From: Macrostomum lignano
Lineage: Eukaryota
NCBI GenBank assembly: GCA_002269645.1
Contig: NIVC01001785.1
Coordinates: 1 to 64,000 of the forward strand
Length of the DNA stretch: 64,000 bases
Direction: 5' to 3'
This document shows, in pieces, positions 25,609 to 41,119 of the stretch (its first letter is position 1; the number at the start of each line of letters is the position of its first letter). The position numbers were made by a program, and so were the translations under genes. The notes under the pieces were generated by a model. The model ran no database searches and had not been told where the DNA came from. It saw nothing but the letters and a program-made list of their open reading frames with translations.

Positions 25609-26861
25609 TGACGATCTGGTGTATATGGACGAGTTGCGGTATTTGGAGGGGTATTCTGGGGAGCTGGGCACAGCAATAATCAGAGCCAATAGACATGTAC
25701 GGTACACAGCAATCATCGGCTCCCGCCAGTCGCAGGGAAATGCAGAGGTGCTCAAACGCGCGCACAGCGCGCAAAGCAGACAAAATTAGTCCAAGGTTTG
25801 TAACTCTGGCTAGAAAAAGCAGTTGGATTGGTGGGTGATAGATAAATGTATGGGGATTGCTGCAGCTACAGGCAAAATGTTTACCACAGTCTAAAACGGC
25901 TACTGAAAATCTAAACCGAAATTCTAAACAAAACTTTAAAAGATAAATAATAGAACTACTTATACTGTAATTTTGCTTCTCAAATCAGTGGATCAATCAC
26001 AGAAAGTTATAAAAATAGTTGAAAAATCACCCATTGAGGAATAACGGAAAGCTCGTTGCAGATAATAGACTTTTAGAAATAGAAACCATCTTCAATTCTG
26101 TTACCTTCACTCTCTCCTGCTCAGGCTTCCGTTTGACAAATTTGACAATGAAGGCTGCGCATTTCATGTCCTTTTGAGACGAAAACTCTGAAAATCAGTC
26201 CAGAAATGTCCCAGAGTTTTCCATCATTCTCTCCTTGCGCTCTGATGTGCCAGCGGCCCAGGCTCGATTCCAAGTGCAGTCACATTAATCTGGGGCTAAA
26301 TTGGAATCTCGGCTTGGCTCTGCTAGTGCAATTAACGCCCTTAAGGGCCAACCCTCAAGACACAGTGAAGTGTACATGCCGAACGATAAATAAAGCTAGG
26401 ACCGCTGTACACTCCTGTGTGAGTGTGCCTGTGCGTATGACTGCGTACGTATCCGCGCGCTTGTGTGCCTGCTCAGGGGAGTCGGCGGAATGGGCAGCAA
26501 TGCCTCTCGCCGGTTGTGCGACAAAGTCGCTTGAAGTGCGCCAGAGTGCACACAGCCCCCTTGTATCCACGATCTAATATAAAAATCAGCTTAGGAGAGT
26601 TCGTCTACTGATAAAAGTAGAAAGTGTAGAATGTGGTGCTAAAAGTTTGCACGGCGAGCTGAGTTTTCGCCATGCTGGACAGTGCAAAGATTTAATAGAT
26701 TTCTGTTCTCTTTAAACCCTATAGCTGACTGAGAATGACTGACTGGGGCTGTAACAGAGACCTAAGCAAGCCGCCCCCCATGTACACACACGAGTAGGTC
26801 TCGTAAGTATAGGTTGAAGCGAGTAGGTTGAAGTCATTGAATTCTGAGTCATTAGGCCAGG

Positions 26862-29662
<2,801 letters not shown>

Positions 29663-32600
29663 TGTTGTTGAGGAACTTTTGTGCTTAGCAGTCAACAGTA
29701 ACTGTTGAAGAGGTTTAAGTAATTATTGCCGCGCTGAAAAAAAGGATTGTTCTAGCTAAAAATATTTGCATAGAATTCTTAGGAAATAAATTTTTTTTTC
29801 GCAGTGTTGGCTGGAAATCAATAGATTATCAAATGGCAAATTAGTCAGTTCAAATGTGAATTAAAAATGCACGAATATATAGATAAATATGATATTTCAC
29901 ATTTAACTTACATTTACTACTATAATACCTTATAAATATTTACCTTACGCTGGTAAATTTACATGTGCAAGGCTAACTAACAGAGATGGAATTATGACGC
30001 GAAAAGGAATTTTATTACCTTTAGCATAAATATTTCTGGGCTTTCAAATATAACTTTATTATCTGACAAAAATTAATATAGCAGGTGTAAAATAGTAAAT
30101 ACAGGTAATAATATTAATGGAACAGTGTTACAAGGCATCTATAAAAACACAGAACAATATAATCCAATCAAAAAGTAAAATTTTAAAGGCTAAGAAATCT
30201 ATTTTTTGATAAAATTAAGAACCTCTGGATCAATTATTGTGCCTTGAGTAGCCTAAATATATAAGGCTTCTAAATTCGTAAAAATTAATTGCAACATAAG
30301 GCTATTACGAAAGCATTTAATAGTAATATTGTCATTTTCAGAACACTCATTTAGCCATAAGAGTAAGAAAAGGTGAAACTGTAACACATTGCAATAACTC
30401 CAACAACGAGAGAGGACTCTGGGTTTGCTTACTTTTGTTTTTCATTGTAAATTTTTAACTATTTAATTTTAAGACGATGCGTGATATTCTCTCTCAAATT
30501 TTTTTAAATATAACATTTAGGTTAAGAAGCCGAAGCCAAGGTAATCCAGTTCACGAGTTCAATCCTTTCCAAAAATCTATCAGAGTTCTGCGTTACTTAC
30601 AAATAATTTCAATAAAATCCTAAGTTGAATCCGTGCGCATTTTTGTTTACCCTGATTGTCCTAGAGAGCAAGCAGTATATTAAATTTCGTGATAAACGAC
30701 TTTGAAGGAATTACTTTCACTGTAAAATTCAATAACTTGTATTTTTGCCAGAAAATTGGCCTCTAAAAATAGCAGTCTTTAGGTTTTACAGCTGTACGTG
30801 CTGTTATACATGGCGAAGCGCATGGCAAGTTTATTTTTACGCGTAGATCCCTCAAAAGAGTAAATTGTAAGAGTACGTCAGAGTTAATCATGCAAGGTAA
30901 ATTTAGGCCATTGATCCTCGCAGCACTGTAGCGGCACAAGGACGACTAATTATTTATCGTCTTTCTTACTACGGTAAGTCCGGTAAGTTAGTTGGTTAGT
31001 AAGTAGTCCTAAAGCGGCCAGAATCCGGCATCGGATGGTACCGCAGATATCCCACGTACTGGTGCAGCCGGTACATGCTATATAGCTTGCTATTAGCTGC
31101 ATACTAGGACCGACCTGCAGCTCTGGCCAAACTGATCGCCTTCAGCGGAGCGAGGTTGAACTTGAAGTTATTTTCTGATGTCTCGCACACAGTCGAACAA
31201 TATTGCGGATGAATCGCTTAGTTCTTAAGACGCCTTAGTGTATAGCTGTTCACGTCGGTCGAGTACATGTAAAGGCCGGGAAGCGAGGAAGTTGCCGAAT
31301 TGTTTCAACCCCTTCCAATGGCGACGAGCGTAAAATGCATAATTCAGTGTGAAAATGGATGATAATAAAAATAATTAATCCATATATTCATTCCAATGGC
31401 TAAATAATCAGAGCAATGTTATTAAGACACTTGATGCCTCCTAAACCTGCTGCAGTTTATTCACTTCCATGGTTTAAGCATGCAGAACATCGATCGGGGT
31501 GCTTTCACAACGTACGTCGAAAACTCGAATAGCAGCTACTTTTACAACTGCAGTTCGAAACTTCGTAAGCTCGAAATTTTACAACTCCGAAAACTGAATA
31601 CGCTCGTATAGCAACAAACCATTGCAGTTTTCGGTGAAATTTTACTCAACAACATTACTTATCATTACTTAATTTTATCAACAAGCTAACAAGAAACTGA
31701 CAGTGAGCTCTGCATTGGAGTGTGATGTACGGACTGGTGTAATAGGCATGCTTTTTTTACATGCCAGTATCATTTCAGGAAAATCACATTTGATTGTGAT
31801 GTACATGTAACCTGGGGAATGATAACTCAGAGCTATGGCCCGAGGTACTGATGCCAGGGTAGAAGGGGATCAGACCTCACCCTCCCCAGGGGCACCCACC
31901 CTAGATGGAGAACTGGTGGCTTGGGTTGTGGTCCGATAGCAAGGTCCGACTGTTCTAATCCCAACTACGGCCCATGAGTTTTGAAGATAGGGACTGCTTA
32001 AAGTACATGTAGTTCTGCCATCACCCCTAATAATAATTACATTAATAATACCCCTAATAATAATTACATTACAGAATAATAATTACATTAATACATCTGA
32101 AATCTCCTTACGATCTGCCAGCAGCTTCAGTTTTGTATCCCTGCAGTCCTAGCCTTCTCACTAGCCTGTATGCTTAAAAGATTAATAAATTAAAGCAGGA
32201 TAACTGGGTTATGATTTTCATCTGATAGTTAAGTAGCTCAGCTGCAGATACTACAATACTACTCGAGAATGAATGATTGAATTGTTGCAAAGCGGGATAG
32301 GGATCCCGATGGTCAATTCCGGGATTTTCGAATCCCGGACAAGTGTGATCCCGGGATTTAGAATCCCGGGATTTGGGCCTAATTCCGAGATCCTGGGATT
32401 GTATTCACTATAGGTAGATTGTGTAAATGGTTTTGGAAGTAGACAATGATTAATTTTTCACGAGTGGCGAAGTGGCGAAGCCAACCATTGCATGAAATTA
32501 GACACAACTAAACCATTGCATGAAACGACTCTAACCAATAAGCGGTCTTGTGCCATTGTAACACGATTTAAATGTGTAAAAGCGTGCTTAAATGGCCCGT

Positions 32601-34536
32601 GATCGCGTATTGGCTATAGAGTCATTTAACGCACGAGATATATATGTTGTGATTACAATGCTGGTTCTTCTTGCTATGTTATGGCCACATACGAGTATGG
32701 CCACATGTCTATGGCCACTCGTACGCTCTACCTGTTCGCCTTATCTATTTGATCCCAAGTGTTAAAACATGTGGAGATTATCAGTAGCTTATATTCCCCT
32801 ACCATAGACAGCGGAATTCTTCTTTTGGTATCGGTGCATTATAACATCTATATCCGTTGATCTCCGCTCCCTGTACAGATCCATCGCGGCTCACAGGCCG
32901 TGAATCCCATTAAAATATTGCACTTAAATTCAGAGATACTCTATGGCACAAACTCCAAAGAACTGAACCTCCTCGTTTCAGTGTATTATATATTTAAAAC
33001 CACTTCGCGCCCAAGCTTGGTTCTGTAAGATGGCTTAAAAGCCCAAAGGCCTGCAGAGCAGTCCATAGACAAATTTGTCTTTTTTGCTGAATCGAGTGCA
33101 CACCCTAGAAGCCCAGAAGTAAAGTATATTGTAGTGTTACTCCTTCTCGGGTTCTTTAAGATGTTCCTAGCAAATAGAACCCGCTGCTCCTGAAGAAGCT
33201 AGATAGCACCGCAGTACTACCTATCGATTTGCCTGAAAATGAACCTAAAACGTTAGCCGTGACTTGGTAGGGTTGCTGCCACCTTGGTGTGCGGACTCGA
33301 CGCGTCGGCAGAGTTGTCTATCCGTCACCTGAAAGAAAAATAACAAAGTCGCTCGGAGCAAAGGCAAATCTGAAAAATGTCTCGACAGTCGATCGTCTTA
33401 GTAGAATGCTGCTCGAACCTGAAAACCTGAAAACCTGAAATGAGAGAGAAGAGCTCGGAGGCAGAGGCAGCTCCAATCGAGGAAGCTCCCGAACGCGGCT
33501 CACGATCTGGAGAAAATGGCTCGCAGATGCTCCGTATTTATAGCCGAGCGGACCCCCAAAAGTCACGTGAGTTTCATGCGGTGAGCGCGTGAAACTTCCT
33601 TATTTGGTTACTAAAATCATGCGAGCGACGCGTGATTCAAGGCCAACTTCCAAATAAGGCAACCCTGCACGCAGCAGTGGCGTGACTCAAGGTCAGTGGC
33701 CACGCTCCAGCTAAGAAGACAGTATTTTGCTGCAGCCAATGTCCCGGAAATCCTGGTCTCTGTCCAGATCCATGCTAATTCATCCACGCTTTAATTCCCC
33801 TTTAACATTTCCCATTTGAGTGAAAACACAATGGAAATGCATAATGGACGTCTTTAAATCAGTCATGGCCTGCACAGCAGGCCATACTGGGCACTTGCTT
33901 TAGTGATTGGGATATGGTTTTTGATGCCATAGACATTTTTCAATCTCTGGGTTTCTGGGCCGTTTCGGTATGGCCTGCAGTGCAGGCCTTTGGCTTCCAA
34001 ATGGTTAAGCACTCAAAACCACAGATTTATACCTAAGGTATATTAATACCCATGCTGCAAGAATGAAAACGAGAAGTTGGGGTGTGAGGGGCGAGCCCCC
34101 ACATTCCAACCATAGACATTTCCACTTCAATGTAGGCTTAAATGTACGGTATTAAAGGGATGAATTAAGTCGCAGGCAAAAAGGTCATATAGAATCTGTG
34201 CTCAAAACCGACTATTCAACTCCTCAGTTGAGCACGCTTTTGACGTTTAATGCACGCTTTTTCATATTTGAATTGTGTTACAATGGACGTTTCGGGCACG
34301 CTTTTCCCCGCCAATGCGTTGTCTAATTATATTTGATGGTTGGACTGCGTCAACAAACGCTCGAATGGCGCTATTTGATCAATCTGTCATCAAGCAAGCA
34401 AATGCAAATGCATGCATTATATTTTCATGGCTAGTCAGGCTGCTTCAATTCAGTCTAGTCAGCCTTGTTTTTGTAAGGGACTTTAACTCAAACAACTTCG
34501 CTACTCGGACCGGAAAAACGAGACAACTTATTGCCC

Positions 34537-34543
34537 TATAAAT
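34537..34543 (+). promoter_or_regulatory. TATA box of the secreted E/K/H-rich gene
   Basis: TATAAAT 84 nt upstream of the ATG at 34621. Confidence 0.5.
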
Positions 34544-34620
34544 TTGCAGACCTCGTCTCCGACTCTGGTGACTTTCGCCGACGACGATTCACATACTCGA
34601 CGACTCGCTCAATAGCAACC

Positions 34621-35718
34621 ATGAAGTGGCAGCTCGCTCTCGGATTTTTGCTGTGCGCAGCCCTGGCTGCCCAGGCCGCAAACTCCGGCAATCGTGAACA
34701 AGCTCAGGAGCACGAAAAGGAGCACGAGGAGAAGAGGGAGCTCGAGAAGGAGCGCGAAAAGGCGCACGAGGAGAAGAGGGAGCTCGAGAAGGAGCACGAA
34801 AAGGAGCGCGAGGAGCGCGAGGAACTCGAGAAGGAGCGCGAAAAGCAAGACGACGAGCACGAGGAGGTCGACCAGGAGCGCGAAGAGCTCGAAAAGGAGC
34901 GCGAAAAGGCGCACGAGGAGAAGAGGGAGCTCGAGAAGGAGCGTGAAAAGGAGCACGAGGAGCGCGAGGAGCTCGACAAGGAGCGCGAAAAGCAAGACGA
35001 GGAGCGTGAGGAGCTCGACAAGGAGCGCGAAAAGCAGGACGAGGAGCGCGAAGAACTCGACAAGGAGCGCGAAAAGGAGCACAAGGAGCGCGAAGAGGAG
35101 GACGAAGAAGAGCACAAGGACCACAAAGAAAAGCACAAGGTGAAGAAGGAGCTCGAGAAGGCTGAGGAGGAGCACGAGAAGCACAAGGTGAAGAAGGAGC
35201 TCGAGAAGGCTGAGAAGGAGCACGAGAAGCACAAGTTGAAGAAGGTGCTCGAGAAGGCTGAGGAGGAGCACGAGAAGCACAAGGTGAAGAAGGAGCTCGA
35301 GAAGGCTGAGAAGGAGCACGAGAAGCACAAGTTGAAGAAGGTGCTCGAGAAGGCTGAGGAGGAGCACAAGGAGCGCAAGGAGCAGAGGGAGCTCGAGAAG
35401 GCCGAGAAGGCCGAGAAGGCCGAGAAGGAGCACAAGGAGCGCAAGGAGCAGAGGGAGCTCGAGAAGGCCGAGAAGGCCGAGAAGGCCGAGAAGGAGCACA
35501 AGGAGCGCAAGGAGCAGAGGGAGCTCGAGAAGGCCGAGAAGGCCGAGAAGGCCGAGAAGGAGCACAAGGAGCGCAAGGAGCAGAGGGAGCTCGAGAAGGC
35601 CGAGAAGGAGCACGAGGAGCACAAGGAGGAGGTAGAAAAGCGCGATGCTATGCTGGAGGCTCTGGCCAACCTGGACAGTTTCAACATGCTGGAGGAGAGG
35701 GCCGAGAACCTCAACTAG
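34621..35718 (+). CDS. Uncharacterised secreted Glu/Lys/His-rich repetitive protein, 365 aa, single coding exon
   Basis: ATG at 34621. Signal peptide-like MKWQLALGFLLCAALAAQA, then nested 14-22-aa charged repeats and a unique tail KR-DAMLEALANLDSFNMLEERAENLN*. TATAAAT at 34537 and AATAAA at 35933 bracket the ORF; synonymous variation between repeats is consistent with coding. Confidence 0.82.
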   Translation: MKWQLALGFLLCAALAAQAANSGNREQAQEHEKEHEEKRELEKEREKAHEEKRELEKEHEKEREEREELEKEREKQDDEHEEVDQEREELEKEREKAHEEKRELEKEREKEHEEREELDKEREKQDEEREELDKEREKQDEEREELDKEREKEHKEREEEDEEEHKDHKEKHKVKKELEKAEEEHEKHKVKKELEKAEKEHEKHKLKKVLEKAEEEHEKHKVKKELEKAEKEHEKHKLKKVLEKAEEEHKERKEQRELEKAEKAEKAEKEHKERKEQRELEKAEKAEKAEKEHKERKEQRELEKAEKAEKAEKEHKERKEQRELEKAEKEHEEHKEEVEKRDAMLEALANLDSFNMLEERAENLN

Positions 35719-35932
35719 AATTTCATCAATTTTGGGGTTGGTTAGATCGGTCTGCAGTGCAGCTGAGACAGAACGAGCGAAATCGCTCCATTGAAGATTG
35801 AGGACCGGCCGTACACCGAAAGCCAACTGTTTGTAACTCTGTTTCCCACATTCATTGCTGAGTGACTTACAAATACTTGAGTGTTCTCGTTTGAAACTAC
35901 AACAACTTTGATTTCCTGATCAGTTAACACCA

Positions 35933-35938
35933 AATAAA
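35933..35938 (+). terminator. Polyadenylation signal of the secreted E/K/H-rich gene
   Basis: AATAAA ~215 nt after the stop codon. Confidence 0.5.
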
Positions 35939-36404
35939 ATACTAAAGTGCCCTTAATCTATCGAGTTTGGTTATTCTTCATTTAGAAATTTTGAATTCAG
36001 AATTAAAAAGCTCAGATTGTAGCTATATGAAATTAAATATGATGACTTATAGTAGCACGAAGGTGCCTGAAGTTGAGTCAGAACATTGGGTCATGGGTCA
36101 AGACTAAATCAATTTAAATTACATTACAGACACGTACCACCGGAAATCACATGAACTAGACGCTCTACATGCATATGGTCCATAGCATATAGATCTCTGG
36201 ATTAGAGTAGGAACCCCTACACTTGCAAATCGATAAAACTTCTCGTTTGTTGATGAAAACTTTCAGCTCGAACGAGGCGCACACTTGCGTCCTAGTTTAA
36301 TTGTCCATTGCACTAGGCTTCATTACATTGTGAGCTCGTTACATATTTTAGACACTAAAATGGTCTGTGACCAGCATAGTTACAGAGAATACTAAATAAT
36401 TTTC

Positions 36405-36815
36405 TTGGGCTGCCTTTCGTTCCGTGAGGGCAGTCCTGCAGTCCAAGGCTGTCAGAAAACCGTCCTGCTGTACAACGCTGAGACCTGGACAGCTGACGGG
36501 CTCGCTCGAGCAACAAGTAGGCGCGGCTCGACGCCTTCAAGCTCGATAACGAGCGGGTCTCCAATGCGACACTGAATCGCGGCGCCGGCCTGATTCATCG
36601 AAGCGACCTGTTGAGCCGTCGGCGACTCCAGCTGGCAGGCCACATCATCCGCGCCGAGTCGTGGCTCACAGCCGGTGGCACCCTACCGGCGGGGGCAGGC
36701 GCGCACTCGGCGTTTCGTCGATTGCCTGCTGGCTGACGCTGGCGCCCTTCTTCGGTCAGCGGCGTAGGCTTCGTTCGCGGGCTGGCCCAGAAGCGCGCCC
36801 TAGCTGTGACGCTGA
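36405..36815 (+). mobile_element. Degenerate RTE-like LINE fragment (3' part of RT ORF)
   Basis: Encodes a VLLYNAETW-type motif; nucleotide-homologous to 61900-62700 (-) (GTCCTGCAGTCCAAGGC, GACTCCAGCTGGCAGGCCAC), with deletions and frameshifts. Confidence 0.75.
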
Positions 36816-37359
36816 CTTCCAAAGACCCTGACAGCGTATTTTGTTGTTTGGGTTGTAAATACCAGCGTATTTAAATACTCAAATATCATCTTTTTCTGTT
36901 GGAGCATCATAATTCCTACAGCTTAATCCAGATTTCAACAATTTCTTCAAGATGTTTTACTAGCTCGGTAAATCAAATTTTAAGCACCAGAAAGAAGCGT
37001 ACTAGATTTTAATGCCTAGATGAGTTCAAAGACGGGACATTCCCGCGGTCCATCGCCTGAGCTTGCACGTGAGCTAAATTTGAGTCGGACCTTGCTTCTC
37101 AGTAAATAGCGTGAGTAATTAATTGGCTTGTTAGCTGACAGGCTGGACAATCAAATTCATGCGCCGCTCGATTTTTCTCAGCGCAAGTGTATTCAATTCA
37201 CTGCACTCTCCCATCTGATTGTTTGCCAAGATGCGAGCCGTGGAGTGCTAGAGCAGATGGGAGTTCTCGGACTCCATAATGTGTGCGTGCGTTCTTGAGT
37301 AAGCTGGAAAGCATGAAAAAAGCATTAGCAAGGCAACGTCTCTTACTGTTGAATCTGCC

Positions 37360-38330
37360 AGCGCCATCCCTCACCCACCCCTCCCTCACCCGCCCTCTCT
37401 CACCCGCCCTCTCTCACCCGCCTCTCCCTCGACCGCCCTCCCTCATCCGCCCCTCCCTCACCCGCCCCTCCCTCACCCACCCCTCCCTCATCCGCCTCTC
37501 CCTCACCCGCCCTCTCTCACCCGCCTCTCCCTCGACCGCCCCTCCCTCATCCGCCCCTCCCTCACCCGCCCCTCCCTCACCCACCCCTCCCTCATCCGCC
37601 TCTCCCTCACCCGCCCTCTCTCACCGCCTCTCCCTCGACCGCCCCTCCCTCATCCGCCCCTCCCTCACCGCCCTCCCTCATCCGCCCCTCCCTCATCCGC
37701 CCCTCCCTCATCCGCCCCTCCCTCATCCGCCCCTCCCTCATCCGCCCCTCCCTCACCCGCCCCTCCCTCACCCACCCCTCCCTCATCCGCCTCTCCCTCA
37801 CCCGCCCCTCCCTCATCCGCCCCTCCCTCGACCGCCCCTCCCTCACCCGCCCCTCCCTCACCCGCCCCTCCCACATCCGCCCCTCCCTCACCCGCCCCTC
37901 CCTCACCCGCCCCTCCCTCATCCGCCCCTCCCTCACCCGCCCCTCCCTCACCCGCCCCTCCCTAACCCGCCCCTCCCTTATCCGCCCCTCCCTGATCCGC
38001 CTTTCCCTCATCCGCTCCTCTTCACCAGCCCCCCATGATCCGCGCCTCTCTGAATCGCAGCTCTGATCCGCTCTCCCTGATCCGCCCTCCCTGATCCGCC
38101 CTCCCTGATCCGCCCTCCCTGATCCGCCCTCCCTGATCCGCCCTCCCTGATCCGCCCTCCCTGATCCGCCCTCCCTGATCCGCCCTCCCTGATCCGCCCT
38201 CCCTGATCCGCCCTCCCTGATCCGCCCTCCCTGATCCGCCCTCCCTGATCCGCCCTCCCTGATCCGCCCTCCCTGATCCGCCCTCCCTGATCCGCCCTCC
38301 CTGATCCGCCCTCCCTAATCCTTCTTCCCT
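37360..38330. repeat. C-rich array: 15-bp CCGCCCCTCCCTCA(C/T) grading into 14-bp CCGCCCTCCCTGAT
   Basis: Direct tandem copies; source of the spurious Pro-rich ORFs. Confidence 0.95.
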
Positions 38331-39234
38331 AATCGACTCTCAAATGTTTTTGAGCTTTTTAAAATTGAAATTTCGGACTAAAAACAGGTTAGTACTGAAA
38401 TATGATTTAGCACCGTTACTACTAACAGTAGATTGATGAAAAGAAAAAGAAGAAAATAATTTGACGAATAAAGCAAAATTAGTTCAGCTCTGCCACAAAG
38501 TGTGAGGTGGCAGCCAGCTACAGCACGGAGATAGTTGATGATAGTTCAGATCAGATTAGGCCCAATAAATATCCCACATGTGATTTGTTCTTACAAAGAG
38601 AAAAGTCTGCTTGATTTCATTGCGTTTCCAATGCTACAGCTTGGAAATAAGCACTGTTAACATACCCAATGACTGAATAGCATTCTTATTGCACAAGCAA
38701 ACAAGAAATATTGCTACAATCCAAACAATTATTATCGGTTGCAGTTGCCCAGCCTGAGATGAATACAGCAGGTAAGCATTGTGGCATCGGTATTAAGTGC
38801 CAGATGTAGGCGAACGCTTCCACCCCCAAGCTAAGCTCTCACATATTGCTACCTTTAGATAAATGAGAAACTTCTCCTAGCTACTGCCATCAGCTGGATT
38901 CCGATTTTCCCACGAGCTTGGCGATTATCCTGCAACTGCAGTCGTGAAAATCCTCAGGGGAAATCTATGCCGGAATAAGCAATCGGGATTCCAGTAGCCA
39001 AAGGCGGAGACAGTTAAAACTTATACACGCAACAGGGACCCGATTGAATTGCCGCTTCTCCCTTCTTTTCACTGAATTATTAATTAGTTTTTTCAACTAA
39101 TTGAGACAAGCCCAGGCGACCTAGGACAGGTGCCTGGAGTGGCAGTTCCCATTGTCAGGCAGGTGCAAGCGAGGCAATTTTTTGCCAAATGTTTTGGCGC
39201 AAAGTCACCACTGGGGGCGTAGTTATACCATAGA

Positions 39235-41115
39235 CAAGTGTCTAATGAACATTCACCCATTCTTGCAATGGTGTCTGTGGCATTCACCCATTCTTACAAT
39301 GGTGTCTGTGGCATTCACCCATTCTTGCAATGGTGTCTGTGGCATTCACCCATTCTTGCAACTGTGGCATTCACCCATTCTTGCAATGGTGTCTGTGGCA
39401 TTCATTCACCCATTCTTGCAATGGTGTCTGTGGCATTCACCCACTCTTAAAATGGTGTCTGTAGCATTTACCCACTCTTAAAATGGTGTCTGTGGCATTC
39501 ACCCATTCTTACAATGGTGTCTGTGGCATTCACCCATTCTTGAAATGGTGTCTGTGGCATTCACCCATTCTTGCAATGGTGTCTGTGGCATTCACCCATT
39601 CTTACAATGGTGTCTAATGAACATTCACCCATTCTTGCAATGGTGTCTGTGGCATTCACCCATTCTTGCAATGGTGTCTGTGGCATTCACCCATTCTTGC
39701 AATGGTGTCTGTGGCATTCACCCATTCTTGCAATGGTGTCTGTGGCATTCACCCATTCTTGCAATGGTGTCTGTGGCATTCACCCATTCTTGCAATGCTG
39801 TCTAATGAACATTCACCCATTCTTGCAATGGTGTCTGTGGCATTCACCCATTCTTGCAATGGTGTCTGTGGCATTCATTCACCCATTCTTGCAATGGTGT
39901 CTGTGGCATTCACCCATTCTTGCAATGGTGTCTGTGGCATTCACCCACTCTTAAAATGGTGTCTGTGGCATTCACCCACTCTTAAAATGGTGTCTGTAGC
40001 ATTTACCCACTCTTAAAATGGTGTCTGTGGCATTCACCCATTCTTGCAATGGTGTCTGTGGCATTCATTCACCCATTCTTGCAATGGTGTCTGTGGCATT
40101 CACCCACTCTTAAAATGGTGTCTGTAGCATTTACCCACTCTTAAAATGGTGTCTGTGGCATTCACTCATTCTTACAATGGTGTCTGTGGCATTCTCCATT
40201 CTTACAATGGTGTCTGTAGCATTTACCCACTCTTAAAATGGTGTCTGTGGCATTCACCCATTCTTGAAATGGTGTCTGTGGCATTCACCCATTCTTGCAA
40301 TGGTGTCTGTGGCATTTACCCACTCTTAAAATGGTGTCTGTGGCATTCACCCATTCTTGCAATGGTGTCTGTGGCATTCACCCATTCTTACAATGGTGTC
40401 TGTGGCATTCTCCATTCTTACAATGGTGTCTGTGGCATTCACCCACTCTTAAAATGGTGTCTGTGGCATTCACCCATTCTTGCAATGGTGTCTGTGGCAT
40501 TTACCCACTCTTAAAATGGTGTCTGTGGCATTCACCCATTCTTGCAATGGTGTCTGTGGCATTCTCCATTCTTGCAATGGTGTCTGTGGCATTCACCCAT
40601 TCTTACAATGGTGTCTAATGAACATTCACCCATTCTTGCAATGGTGTCTGTGGCATTCACCCATTCTTGCAATGGTGTCTGTGGCATTCACCCATTCTTG
40701 CAATGCTGTCTAATGAACATTCACCCATTCTTGCAATGGTGTCTGTGGCATTCACCCATTCTTGCAATGGTGTCTGTGGCATTTACCCACTCTTAAAATG
40801 GTGTCTGTGGCATTCACCCATTCTTGAAATGGTGTCTGTGGCATTCACCCATTCTTGCAATGGTGTCTGTGGCATTCACCCATTCTTACAATGGTGTCTA
40901 ATGAACATTCACCCATTCTTGCAATGGTGTCTGTGGCATTCACCCATTCTTGCAATGGTGTCTGTGGCATTCACCCATTCTTGCAATGCTGTCTAATGAA
41001 CATTCACCCATTCTTGCAATGGTGTCTGTGGCATTCACCCATTCTTGTAATGGTGTCTGTGGCATTCACCCATTCTTGCAATGGTGTCCGTGGCATTCAC
41101 CCATTCTTGCAATGG
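39235..41115. repeat. Minisatellite, 31-bp unit CAATGGTGTCTGTGGCATTCACCCATTCTTG, with higher-order variant blocks
   Basis: About 60 copies. Confidence 0.96.
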
Positions 41116-41119
41116 TTAT

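Noticed and set aside
23179-25783. Three ~800-aa minus-strand ORFs
   Set aside because: They are translations of the 37/38-bp array; free 1-nt length variation between units shows no frame constraint.
31810-32000. GC-rich block resembling a LINE 5' end or HDV-like ribozyme
   Set aside because: I could not build the nested double pseudoknot (no P1/P1.1 pairing); left unassigned.
32290-32412. CGGGAT/ATCCCG-rich segment like a DNA-transposon end
   Set aside because: Only one end found; no partner TIR or TSD.
33268-33667. TAGGGTTGC...GGCAACCCTG possible hAT TIR pair, with a minus-strand TATA box at ~33535
   Set aside because: Flanking 8-mers do not match, so there is no TSD; a promoter role for the stathmin-domain gene is unsupported without transcript data.
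34609-35826. 405-aa Leu-rich antisense ORF (and the 336-aa Ser-rich one)
   Set aside because: Mirror of the GAG/AAG/CAC codon bias of the sense gene; no independent start or signals.
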